IMG/VR virus record: IMGVR_UViG_3300037067_013349
Strand: one strand, 5' to 3'
From: an uncultured virus (IMG/VR IMGVR_UViG_3300037067_013349)
Taxonomy: Duplodnaviria > Heunggongvirae > Uroviricota > Caudoviricetes
DNA length: 43,790 nt
Under the pieces are notes generated by a model. The model ran no database searches. It saw nothing but the letters and a program-made list of their open reading frames with translations, and was not told the DNA's origin. A program made the translations under genes and the position numbers. Positions within the stretch are counted from its first letter, which is position 1. Each line of letters begins with the position of its first letter. Positions 20,582-28,562 of this stretch are shown here, piece by piece.

Positions 20582-20743
20582 TCACCATTTTTTACTGCAA
20601 AGAGCCAAAGCAATGTATGTCACTCCTATGAGAATCTGCAACCCCCAAAAGGTCCAAATTCTGATGACACCCATTACCAATAAAATGGCAAACGCTACAT
20701 TCGATATTCCAGACAGCATATCGACAATTTTTCTTCTGGTCAT
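20582..20743 (-). CDS. 53-aa two-TM membrane protein between repeat units
   Basis: Hand-translated MTRRKIVDMLSGISNVAFAILLVMGVIRIWTFWGLQILIGVTYIALALCSKKW*; degenerate repeat catgtagtaccttgaaacgctatt immediately upstream. Confidence 0.55.
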   Translation of the reverse strand: MTRRKIVDMLSGISNVAFAILLVMGVIRIWTFWGLQILIGVTYIALALCSKKW

Positions 20744-20847
20744 AATCCATGTAGTACCTTGAAACGCTATTAGGTGGTTCCCATCGCCTAACTATTGTCT
20801 TCCTCTTCCCTCAAGTGTTGTTACTCATGATTCAAGAGCAAGTGCTA

Positions 20848-21399
20848 CCTGTAGTCCTGTTATACTTCTTCTGGCAGCCTGAAAATATTAACCCACCTGC
20901 CATGGATTTTTGTTTTGCGCTTCACCAATTCGCCCGGTGTTCTAGCCAATGCTGCCATCACGCGGTCTGATGTTTTTGTGCATTCATGTGGCCACCCCAG
21001 CCGCTCGGCTATCAAATGTAACAACCCCTCGTCACCAAACATGACGGCTGGATTGTCCGTTTCTCTCAGCACTTCAACAGCAGCATCACATGCTCGCATG
21101 TTTGAACCATCTAATCTTAGCGGCCTGCAGTCCTGTTATTCAATCAATCAACGTGAAAAAGGGCGGACGACCTGTAGTCCTGTTATTTGCCATGTGTCGT
21201 CTGACTCACTTCACATGTATAATATATAAAATTCAGCTTGTGCTTGTCCTGCAGTCCTTAATACCGTGTCCCAAAAGGCGGTGTCCATTGATGGAAAAGG
21301 ATATAAATGCAAACTATTTCTGCCGCGAACGTCAAATTAAATGATACAAGCGATAGTAACGTTGAATGCCAATAAGTGGCGGGACAAGTCCTGTAGTCC
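20848..21399 (-). repeat. Dispersed minimal repeat cores CCTG(T/C)AGTCC(TGT) at 20848, 21124, 21171, 21248, 21390
   Basis: 10-13-nt matches to the conserved end of the array repeat, same orientation. Confidence 0.75.
20860..21099 (-). CDS. Hypothetical protein flanked by repeat cores
   Basis: 79 aa; stop overlaps CCTGTAGTCCTGT (20848-20860); core at 21124 upstream. Confidence 0.65.
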   Translation of the reverse strand: MRACDAAVEVLRETDNPAVMFGDEGLLHLIAERLGWPHECTKTSDRVMAALARTPGELVKRKTKIHGRWVNIFRLPEEV

Positions 21400-21407
21400 G
21401 TATCCGT

Positions 21408-21436
21408 ATTATATACTACTATAAAGTGGCTGTCAA
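21408..21436 (-). promoter_or_regulatory. Perfect sigma70 consensus promoter (TTGACA-17 bp-TATAAT) pointing into the repeat region
   Basis: + strand tgtcaa at 21431-21436 and attata at 21408-21413, 17-nt spacing; predicted start about 21401, just before the first core. Confidence 0.85.
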
Positions 21437-21452
21437 GTCTACAGCACTTTGT

Positions 21453-22598
21453 TCATTGCCTAACCGTAACGTCGATATCAACCTTGTTACAAGATCGTTG
21501 AATCAACGACTGCATTTGTTGCCAGTCCCATCGAGTCGTCTCGGTGTCACCAATACGTCCAGCATATGACAAATAGTAATCGGTGGGCGGGGCGAAAATG
21601 ACAAGATGACCGATGCCGTTTGTCACTAACAATCTCGTCACGTCATTGGCGAGATGAGTGCTCCAGGTCTTGATGAAATCACGCCAACGCCGCTCATATT
21701 TCGCTTTGTCGGCGGTCGAGCCCTGCTTCCTAGTCTTCTTGCTCTCCTGAATGTCCAAGGTGTTTCGTGTGTGCTCGACATCTTCGCCACGGCGAAGACG
21801 GAATATGGTTCTGCCATTGAACCGAAAAGAAAATGGCCGGTGTTGTGCTGCCAATAGGAATGCAGTCTTGTTCTTGTTAAGCGGCAGTCTCACCTTCGGA
21901 ATTGAATGACAGAGATAAGCTTGCCATCGACCGTCGCGTTCCTTCAAATCGACGCCCTTCAACTCCCATTCGCCAGCCGTAATTTTCCACAACGCATCGC
22001 GGACAGAATGTAACCGGTAGCTCTTGGTCTTGATGACGAAAACCATCGGACCGTAGCCGTCAACATCGACCTCAAGCTTCCAGTCTTCATCCTTGGTTTG
22101 TGGGACGATGATCCGACAATCTCGTTTGTGCAGCGGAATATTGCTGCGTTTGGACGATTGCGAAAGACCACCACAGCCAGCGAGAACGGTTATCCAGCGT
22201 GGATAAGCTGATCTGTATCCACGGTGGTGTAACAAATCCTTAACCGCCTTATGCACCGCCAACTTACCCTCTCTGCCCATTAATGGGTGCTCGGCTGCAA
22301 TGATTTCGTCAAGCTGCTGAGCGATTTCGTCGCTGTAGGGGTCGACTGGGCATCGAATGCGAGGACCGACTCTGCTTTCCGGCTCATAGAGCCATCGTTT
22401 GTCCTGTTCGAGCCATTCACGAACCAATAGGTGGTTATTGGCGTCAAAATGAAGCTGTAGCCAAGCCGACATGAAATCGTTGACAATTTGTTGAATGTCG
22501 GTGGCCAGTGAGAGCAAATGCTTTTTGTGCGACTTGAAGCTGTCGTCACTACCGATCAAATCAACCCGTTTGTTCTTGATGACTCGGAAATCTCCCAT
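21453..22598 (-). CDS. cas12f: Cas12f/TnpB-family protein B, predicted nuclease-dead and C-terminally truncated
   Basis: LWKITAGEWELKGVDL..DGRWQAYLCH WED signature; RuvC-I position reads TAFLLAA, RuvC-II position HLVIFAP; WDWQQMQSLIQ..DIDV ends the protein; clear paralog of 22825..24240. Confidence 0.75.
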   Translation of the reverse strand: MGDFRVIKNKRVDLIGSDDSFKSHKKHLLSLATDIQQIVNDFMSAWLQLHFDANNHLLVREWLEQDKRWLYEPESRVGPRIRCPVDPYSDEIAQQLDEIIAAEHPLMGREGKLAVHKAVKDLLHHRGYRSAYPRWITVLAGCGGLSQSSKRSNIPLHKRDCRIIVPQTKDEDWKLEVDVDGYGPMVFVIKTKSYRLHSVRDALWKITAGEWELKGVDLKERDGRWQAYLCHSIPKVRLPLNKNKTAFLLAAQHRPFSFRFNGRTIFRLRRGEDVEHTRNTLDIQESKKTRKQGSTADKAKYERRWRDFIKTWSTHLANDVTRLLVTNGIGHLVIFAPPTDYYLSYAGRIGDTETTRWDWQQMQSLIQRSCNKVDIDVTVRQ

Positions 22599-22611
22599 AT
22601 TGTCTCCATAA

Positions 22612-22687
22612 AGGTAACTCTGGCGAGGGCTAACACGGTACGGAATGCCCGCAGCTATTCTCGCCTTCGAGACGTACAGGACGCCTC
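22612..22687 (-). ncRNA. tracrRNA-like RNA copy 1 (3' tail AGUUACCU)
   Basis: 76-nt repeat; 5' hairpin GAGGCGU-CCUGU-ACGUCUC; GGCGAG/CUCGCC stem; tail complementary to repeat AGGUAACU. Confidence 0.75.
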
Positions 22688-22705
22688 TATTTGTGATTTA
22701 TAAAA

Positions 22706-22781
22706 ACAGGACTCTGGCGAGGGCTGACACGGTACGGAATGCCCGCAGCTATTCTCGCCTTCGAGACGTACAGGACGCCTC
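22706..22781 (-). ncRNA. tracrRNA-like RNA copy 2 (3' tail AGUCCUGU followed by a U-run)
   Basis: Near-identical 76-nt copy; tail complementary to repeat ACAGGACU. Confidence 0.75.
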
Positions 22782-22824
22782 CGGTTGTGATTCTGGATAT
22801 TAGTAGCGTGAAAGTAACTATTAA

Positions 22825-24240
22825 TTAACTATCCCGATTTTCGGATTTAATCTGCAGTCCCGGTTCGTCGTCTTCCTTCTTCCGCGACTTGCCTCCTTGC
22901 TTAATGACCACATTTATACCAGCAGCCTTACCAACTTGCTCCAACTGGCGTTGCATATGGTACCAGTCCCATGCCGTCGATTCGCTACGGCCTATCTTAC
23001 CAACATGGGACAAATAGCGGCTATCACGCCATTTCCCGGTCGGTTGATAAGTCACGAGACGCCCAATGCCGAATTTGACACAGGTACTGATGACTTCTGC
23101 GGCCCAATTGTTGTTGAAGGTTTTGGTCCGATTGCGCCAATTGCGTTCCGATTTCTTTCGCCAGTCATGAACCTTACGGCCATGATTCTTACGAGCACTG
23201 GAAGCATACTTGTAGCTTTCGTTCTTACCAAATCGTTGAAGCGTCAAAGAACGACGAGCCCGTTTAATATGCTTGCAACTTCGCATTCGCATTTGCGTCT
23301 TGCCGTTGATGCGGAACAGAACAGCACCATATCGACCGGCTGATACGATAGCCGTTTTGGTGCTGCTGAACGATGCCGTGACGCCAGGAATCAGGTAGCA
23401 TATATCAGCGTACCACTTTCCTTCGAACTGGACGAGTTGGGAAGTGTTGAGAATATAATCGCCAGATGCAATTTTCCACAACACGCGACGAATTGGCGAC
23501 AACTTACGCCCACCGGTGGTGAGCCTAAACGTCATCGGACGTAGGAACCTTTTACCCTCAATCTTTTCATAGCGAACGGTCAGCTTCCATGGCTCATCAT
23601 TGCTACGGGGCACAACAAGATTGCTGTTGCTTGTATAGAATGGAACAGGTAGAGGCTTAGACGATTGTGGGTATTCTCCAAGCCCTGTTAAAATCCTAAA
23701 CCATCGTTTGTATTTGGATTTCGTCGCTGGTGCTTTGATAAGCGTCTTGCTAAGCCGATTGGTTACAATGCCAATCGGCTTAGTTCCAAGATTGGCATGC
23801 TGGGTGGTCAGCAGGCCATAGATCTGAATCCCCATTTCGTTGGTGTATGGCTGCACAGGGCATTTGATACGTGGCGGTATATCAACCTTAGGTTGATCTG
23901 ACGCCTTCTTTTTGCCGTTCTTGCCCTTCTTGCCATTTTTCTCGGCTTTTTGAGCCGCTGCCAGCTTGGCGTATTTCCGTGCCCACTCTTTGTCCTCCTC
24001 AATCCATTTGCGAAGGGCGGTTGGCGATCCAGCCTGTCGGTGCAATCGGAACCATTGACTATAAAAGTCGTTGGTAATTTGCTGCATCTGGCATGATAAC
24101 ATCACCAGACGTCTTTTCTCCTCGGCAAAATCGCCGTCACAGCCGCTCAATTCGACCCGAATGACTTTGGTGAGTCCATCAGGCTTCTTTTTACGCGGCT
24201 TCTTCGGGTCGTCTTTCACGGTCGTCTTCTTCTTACTCAT
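22825..24240 (-). CDS. cas12f: Cas12f/TnpB-family protein A, predicted nuclease-dead and C-terminally truncated
   Basis: TKVIRVEL N-terminal strand; KIASGDYILNTSQL..GKWYADICY; bridge region KYASSARKNHGR...RNRTKTFNNNWAAEVI..GIG; WDWYHMQRQLEQVGKAAGINV; GIDLG site reads IVSAG, EDL site reads YQP; no CxxC finger or RuvC-III. Confidence 0.8.
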   Translation of the reverse strand: MSKKKTTVKDDPKKPRKKKPDGLTKVIRVELSGCDGDFAEEKRRLVMLSCQMQQITNDFYSQWFRLHRQAGSPTALRKWIEEDKEWARKYAKLAAAQKAEKNGKKGKNGKKKASDQPKVDIPPRIKCPVQPYTNEMGIQIYGLLTTQHANLGTKPIGIVTNRLSKTLIKAPATKSKYKRWFRILTGLGEYPQSSKPLPVPFYTSNSNLVVPRSNDEPWKLTVRYEKIEGKRFLRPMTFRLTTGGRKLSPIRRVLWKIASGDYILNTSQLVQFEGKWYADICYLIPGVTASFSSTKTAIVSAGRYGAVLFRINGKTQMRMRSCKHIKRARRSLTLQRFGKNESYKYASSARKNHGRKVHDWRKKSERNWRNRTKTFNNNWAAEVISTCVKFGIGRLVTYQPTGKWRDSRYLSHVGKIGRSESTAWDWYHMQRQLEQVGKAAGINVVIKQGGKSRKKEDDEPGLQIKSENRDS

Positions 24241-24260
24241 TTAACATTCCCTATTGAAAA

Positions 24261-24336
24261 ACAGGACTCTGGCGAGGGCTAACACGGTACGGAGTGCCCG
24301 CAGCTATTCTCGCCTTCGAGACGTACAGGACGCCTC
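24261..24336 (-). ncRNA. tracrRNA-like RNA copy 3 (3' tail AGUCCUGU followed by a U-run)
   Basis: Third 76-nt copy directly upstream of effector A. Confidence 0.75.
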
Positions 24337-24507
24337 CGGTTTTCATGTAGGTTTATAGCTCCCTGCTGATGGTTGATTAACTTAAATCACCTGCGAGCTA
24401 CTTCTGTTATAGCCTCAGTGAAGCTATTAATTAACTGACTGAGCACATATTTCTCTGGGTTAAATCGTAGCAACCGTCGTGCTATAAGTACTATAGGGAG
24501 CCAAAAA

Positions 24508-25218
24508 ATGCGAATGAACAAACGGTACATCTACCCGCCACGTCCAAAAGACGCAATCCCTTTCAATCAGATTGGGATGTATAATCAGTACGGGTGGAAA
24601 GCCCAAACGAAATTCAATGATAAACGCACCGAAATAGCAATTGATGCGAATTCGGTCGAGATATTTAACCGCCACAAAGGACAACACAAGACATTTATGT
24701 TGTCCGACTCTTTACGAGATGAAATCGTCGCTGTTTGTCGCGATATTTTTGGGTTGGATGTGTCGCAGTGGTCATACCTCGATGGAGGGTTGCTTGATGG
24801 AAAGAGCAAACACATTGAAGGAATAGTGGTCATATGGGATATTCTGGTTCGCGAAGGCGATTGGCTCGTTGGCAGCACTTACCAAGAGCGATATGGATGG
24901 CTATTAGCAAAAGCAGAGGCCGCTGGTGGAGAGCCATTCATCGTCATCATAAACGGCCAAGAGTTTGACTTCGGCATCAGGCTCAGCGAGCACATCTTTA
25001 TGCCGCGATTCTGGGAGGATTTTGAATCTTGCTGGCAATTCACACAGAGAGTCAATAAAGCTGCCGGGTGGAGCATGGAGAATGGCGGTGAGCCTGTATT
25101 AGAAGGGATTGTGATGAAGGACCCTCAAGGAGTCTTAAAACCGGATAACGGGAAAGAAAAGAACAACACCGAATGGTCGGCCAGAAGCAGAATCAGAACC
25201 GGACGGCATCATTTTTAG
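24508..25218 (+). CDS. ATP-dependent ligase-like nucleotidyltransferase (adenylation domain only)
   Basis: QTKFNDKR (motif I-like), YLDGGL, IWDIL, EGIVMKDP; no OB domain apparent. Confidence 0.7.
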   Translation: MRMNKRYIYPPRPKDAIPFNQIGMYNQYGWKAQTKFNDKRTEIAIDANSVEIFNRHKGQHKTFMLSDSLRDEIVAVCRDIFGLDVSQWSYLDGGLLDGKSKHIEGIVVIWDILVREGDWLVGSTYQERYGWLLAKAEAAGGEPFIVIINGQEFDFGIRLSEHIFMPRFWEDFESCWQFTQRVNKAAGWSMENGGEPVLEGIVMKDPQGVLKPDNGKEKNNTEWSARSRIRTGRHHF

Positions 25219-25226
25219 GAATTACT

Positions 25227-25406
25227 ATGACACACGAAGAATTGAAAATTGGACATGAATATAATCTCATCGATCAGCCTGTGAAGATTGTTGAAATCAT
25301 ATACTTCATGGACAATGGAAGGAAAAATGCTGAAACAGCCATAGCAACGACGCGATTTGGTGGCACGGTAGAAGTGCCTATTGCAGCATTGCAGAAACGG
25401 CAATAA
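25227..25406 (+). CDS. Small hypothetical protein (start MTHEELK)
   Basis: AGGA upstream; in a plus-strand run. Confidence 0.5.
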   Translation: MTHEELKIGHEYNLIDQPVKIVEIIYFMDNGRKNAETAIATTRFGGTVEVPIAALQKRQ

Positions 25407-25435
25407 ACAACGAAATCTATCTGAAAAAGGGTGTC

Positions 25436-25639
25436 TTGCTAATGCAACAGCCGACGCTTGAAATAACGCCACTAGGAGCAGCCCTGGTTGAAGCCATGCC
25501 AGACCGAAAGAAGATGGCCCGCATTCGCAGGATGTTCCGCGAAAAGAAATGTCCTGATTCTGAGTTATTTACAGCCAAGGCTGTGGAAAAGTGGTATGCC
25601 GACCGAGGTCAGAAAATAAAAGGTATCGAGCGCACATAA
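25436..25639 (+). CDS. Small hypothetical protein
   Basis: 67-aa ORF in a plus-strand run. Confidence 0.5.
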   Translation: MLMQQPTLEITPLGAALVEAMPDRKKMARIRRMFREKKCPDSELFTAKAVEKWYADRGQKIKGIERT

Positions 25640-25650
25640 AGGAAGTATTA

Positions 25651-26310
25651 ATGACTGACGAGATACGTGAAACACATGAAAGTTTCGGAATGATTGGTTT
25701 TTCCCGTGGTACTCGCGGAGGAGCCGGGACTAATCTGTTTGGATCTTCTATCCGGCATCCTCACACAATCACATGTCGCATTAAACGGGCAATGAAAGAA
25801 AGGAGTTTAAATAGAGATGCGTACTATGGAAGAGACACCTTAATCGAAGTCGAAATGAGTCCGATGCAATTTGCGGATGCTATCACCGCTCTCAACGTCG
25901 GAGACGGTGTTCCATGCACGATTCGCTATCTCGAACGTACTGCGATGGAGGAATGTCCAGAAGAAACAATGCGGCAGCAATTCGAGCAAGAATTCAAAGA
26001 TAGCTGTCATAAAGCAACTGAGGCAGCAGGCACTCTGGTTGAACGGGCACAAGAGTTATTGGGGCAAAAGACACTCAAAGTAGCAGATCGTAAAGAGCTA
26101 CTCGAAGTTTTACGAAAGATTCAGATGGACCTAGAATCTAACTTGCCATTTATCGGAGAGCAGTTTAACAGAGCCGTGGACAAGGTTATCACGGATGCTA
26201 GAAGTTCGGTGGAAGCATTCTTCCTGCAACGCACCAATGAACTAGGTATAAAATGCCTCCAAGGCGGCGAGCCTCTGACGCCGACACCAGCTATCGAAGT
26301 TGAGGGCTAA
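25651..26310 (+). CDS. Conserved-looking phage hypothetical protein (start MTDEIRETHESFG)
   Basis: AAGGA upstream; LFGSSIRH, EVEMSPMQFA, GDGVPCTI segments. Confidence 0.75.
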   Translation: MTDEIRETHESFGMIGFSRGTRGGAGTNLFGSSIRHPHTITCRIKRAMKERSLNRDAYYGRDTLIEVEMSPMQFADAITALNVGDGVPCTIRYLERTAMEECPEETMRQQFEQEFKDSCHKATEAAGTLVERAQELLGQKTLKVADRKELLEVLRKIQMDLESNLPFIGEQFNRAVDKVITDARSSVEAFFLQRTNELGIKCLQGGEPLTPTPAIEVEG

Positions 26311-26311
26311 T

Positions 26312-26833
26312 ATGCGCACAATTTACCAAAGCAGCTACGACAAATCACATGCTGATGTCTTCGAAGAGCGGATTGCAGACATACAATTCGAAGCGTGTAA
26401 TCTGGCAGAATTGGATGAATGGACACTGACCATCATCAAAATGCTCTGCCCACCACACAAAAGACAAGCCTCGCTTGAAATGGGCAATATATGTGTCAAA
26501 GAGTCGCCCAAACACCATGCGCCGCCCAGCCGCATATTTAGAATCAAAGAATATGAAGAGCTTTTCTGGTATGTTGATATTATACCTGCTACAAGACAGT
26601 TTCTGTTCATCGCCGATAAAGAGCATACACAGGCGATACCTCCAGATGAAGGCATCGCTAAATTGATTCATTTTCAGACTGGTTGTGATACTCAATCGGT
26701 CATTTCCGATAGTGCGGCGTCTATAACAGTCAAAGCAGGTCCGATATCGATTACATCAGTCGATATGAGGACACAAGAAGACCGTAGAAAAGCAATGGAA
26801 ACAGCATTGCGACTGTGGGATAGTGATGACTAA
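26312..26833 (+). CDS. Hypothetical protein
   Basis: ORF directly after the previous stop. Confidence 0.65.
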   Translation: MRTIYQSSYDKSHADVFEERIADIQFEACNLAELDEWTLTIIKMLCPPHKRQASLEMGNICVKESPKHHAPPSRIFRIKEYEELFWYVDIIPATRQFLFIADKEHTQAIPPDEGIAKLIHFQTGCDTQSVISDSAASITVKAGPISITSVDMRTQEDRRKAMETALRLWDSDD

Positions 26834-27290
26834 CTATGAAGAATCATTGAAAAAATACGTTGAAGCAATGGTGCAGATACAACGTGCAATATACAGCGAC
26901 CAACTAATATATTGCGGCATGGAAGAAATCGTTTTAGCGTCTGGGCAGTTCGACATAGCTCAACCATTGCCAGCAGGCTTCAATGTCGGCAGGATGAAAG
27001 AATGCTTTCGTAACGCTTTTCTGTTGATGTTAGAAGGCTATACTTATGTCGAAGGTATAGCTATGACCGAATCCGCTCTATTTCCTATTCATCATGGTTG
27101 GTGTGTCGATACCAATAATCGCGTTCTGGATACTACATGGTCTGATGGAGTTGCATATTTTGGAGTCCATTTGAGTCAGGGTTTCGTCCTTGAAAGGGTA
27201 CAAAATAAAGGAAGATATGGAGTGTTTGGTTCTAAAAACGCTCTAGATATATACAAACATGGTCTACCACAGGAAGCACTAACTAGATGA
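26823..27290 (+). CDS. Hypothetical protein, possible transglutaminase-like Cys-His-Asp fold
   Basis: ECFRNAF...YVEG...IHHGWCVD...DTTW. Confidence 0.65.
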   Translation: MMTNYEESLKKYVEAMVQIQRAIYSDQLIYCGMEEIVLASGQFDIAQPLPAGFNVGRMKECFRNAFLLMLEGYTYVEGIAMTESALFPIHHGWCVDTNNRVLDTTWSDGVAYFGVHLSQGFVLERVQNKGRYGVFGSKNALDIYKHGLPQEALTR

Positions 27291-28399
27291 AAACGTTAAT
27301 TGTCGTCGGCGATTTTAACGATCAAGGCGGACGTGAGTCTAAATTCGGTGGCGAGTTCGCCAGGGAATATGTGCGCTGGGTTCGACTTCATCCACCAGTT
27401 GAGAATACTAACGATTGTGAAATCCACAACGGCGGCAGTTTTGAGGAACTGACCAATATCGACTTTACAGAGTTCAACACAATCATCTGGTTTGCAAATA
27501 TCCCAAATGATAAACCGAAACTGGTAAGGAATATTAAGGAAGTCAATCGAAAGTGTATGCTTGTCACTTCCAAACGCAACGACCTAGGCAAGTACAGTCT
27601 GACTCAGTTGTTAGGTAGAGCACTACAAACAAAAAGTAATCTGCTTGTCGAGTTCAAGGTAGGCTCCACATTTGGGAGCCTCAATGTAACGGCAATTGTG
27701 GCAACAGTATATGATCCTCTTGGCAATTGTTTTATTGAAACAACACAAAGCGTTCCATCTCTTGTCTCCGCATTATCGTGCAGGCTGCGCGAACTACGAG
27801 AATTTACAAGAGTTGGTAGTCATCAATTGGGCGAAGCCGTTCCATTTCCAACCGACGAATGCGGTGCAGAATTTTTTAACCCAGTGCGGCGATATGCCGA
27901 TACGTTCCATGCTCTCATAAGTGCCCCTACTGAACGATTCCTCGGTAATGTTTCGTTTCGGTGTACCCATGGTTTTCCATCGTTTCGCAGCAATACAGCT
28001 GTTTTCGTCTCAAAGAGAAACATCGATAAGCGCGGTATTGACGAGAATGGCTTTGTAGCGGTAAGAGAGACACCGCAAGGGATTGGTTATTATGGCCTTG
28101 ACAAACCGTCTGTAGATACTCCAATTCAGTTAGCACTCTATGCGACATACCACAAAATCAACTTCATGTTGCATAGTCACACTTACGTACAAAATGCCCC
28201 TTTCACCAGTAAGATAATTCCGTGTGGCGCAGTAGAAGAGGTTGATGAGATCCGGTCACTCATTCCATCCTCTGATTGCAATTGGTTCTTCGTAAACCTG
28301 CTTGGACATGGAAGCATTTGTGCAGTTGAGGACCCAAGCATGTGGCGCAATATACCATATATTGCACGTCCGATGCCAGAATTGTATAATGGGGAATGA
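27287..28399 (+). CDS. Protein with C-terminal class II aldolase/adducin-like domain
   Basis: GNVSFR, KPSVDTPIQ..LY, MLHSH, NLLGHG. Confidence 0.7.
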   Translation: MKTLIVVGDFNDQGGRESKFGGEFAREYVRWVRLHPPVENTNDCEIHNGGSFEELTNIDFTEFNTIIWFANIPNDKPKLVRNIKEVNRKCMLVTSKRNDLGKYSLTQLLGRALQTKSNLLVEFKVGSTFGSLNVTAIVATVYDPLGNCFIETTQSVPSLVSALSCRLRELREFTRVGSHQLGEAVPFPTDECGAEFFNPVRRYADTFHALISAPTERFLGNVSFRCTHGFPSFRSNTAVFVSKRNIDKRGIDENGFVAVRETPQGIGYYGLDKPSVDTPIQLALYATYHKINFMLHSHTYVQNAPFTSKIIPCGAVEEVDEIRSLIPSSDCNWFFVNLLGHGSICAVEDPSMWRNIPYIARPMPELYNGE

Positions 28400-28562
28400 C
28401 ATGATTATCAATTGGTCTTATACCAGTGAAGAAAGCTAGCACCAGTTGCATCAATAGCCCTTTCGTACGCGATCCGCCAACCGGATAGGGACTATAATCT
28501 CCTGGTTCGGGCTTTGCGAGATGAATGACGCATGCAAAGCCCATTAATAATTATGGTGTTAC

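Noticed and set aside
22654..22662. GCTATTCTC shared between tracrRNA-like copies and the repeat
   Set aside because: Same orientation, so it cannot pair; 9 nt is too short to claim common origin
21453..24240. IS200/IS605 or IS607 transposon carrying tnpB
   Set aside because: No tnpA or serine recombinase seen; the RNA lies upstream in multiple copies and pairs with separate array repeats, unlike a right-end omega RNA
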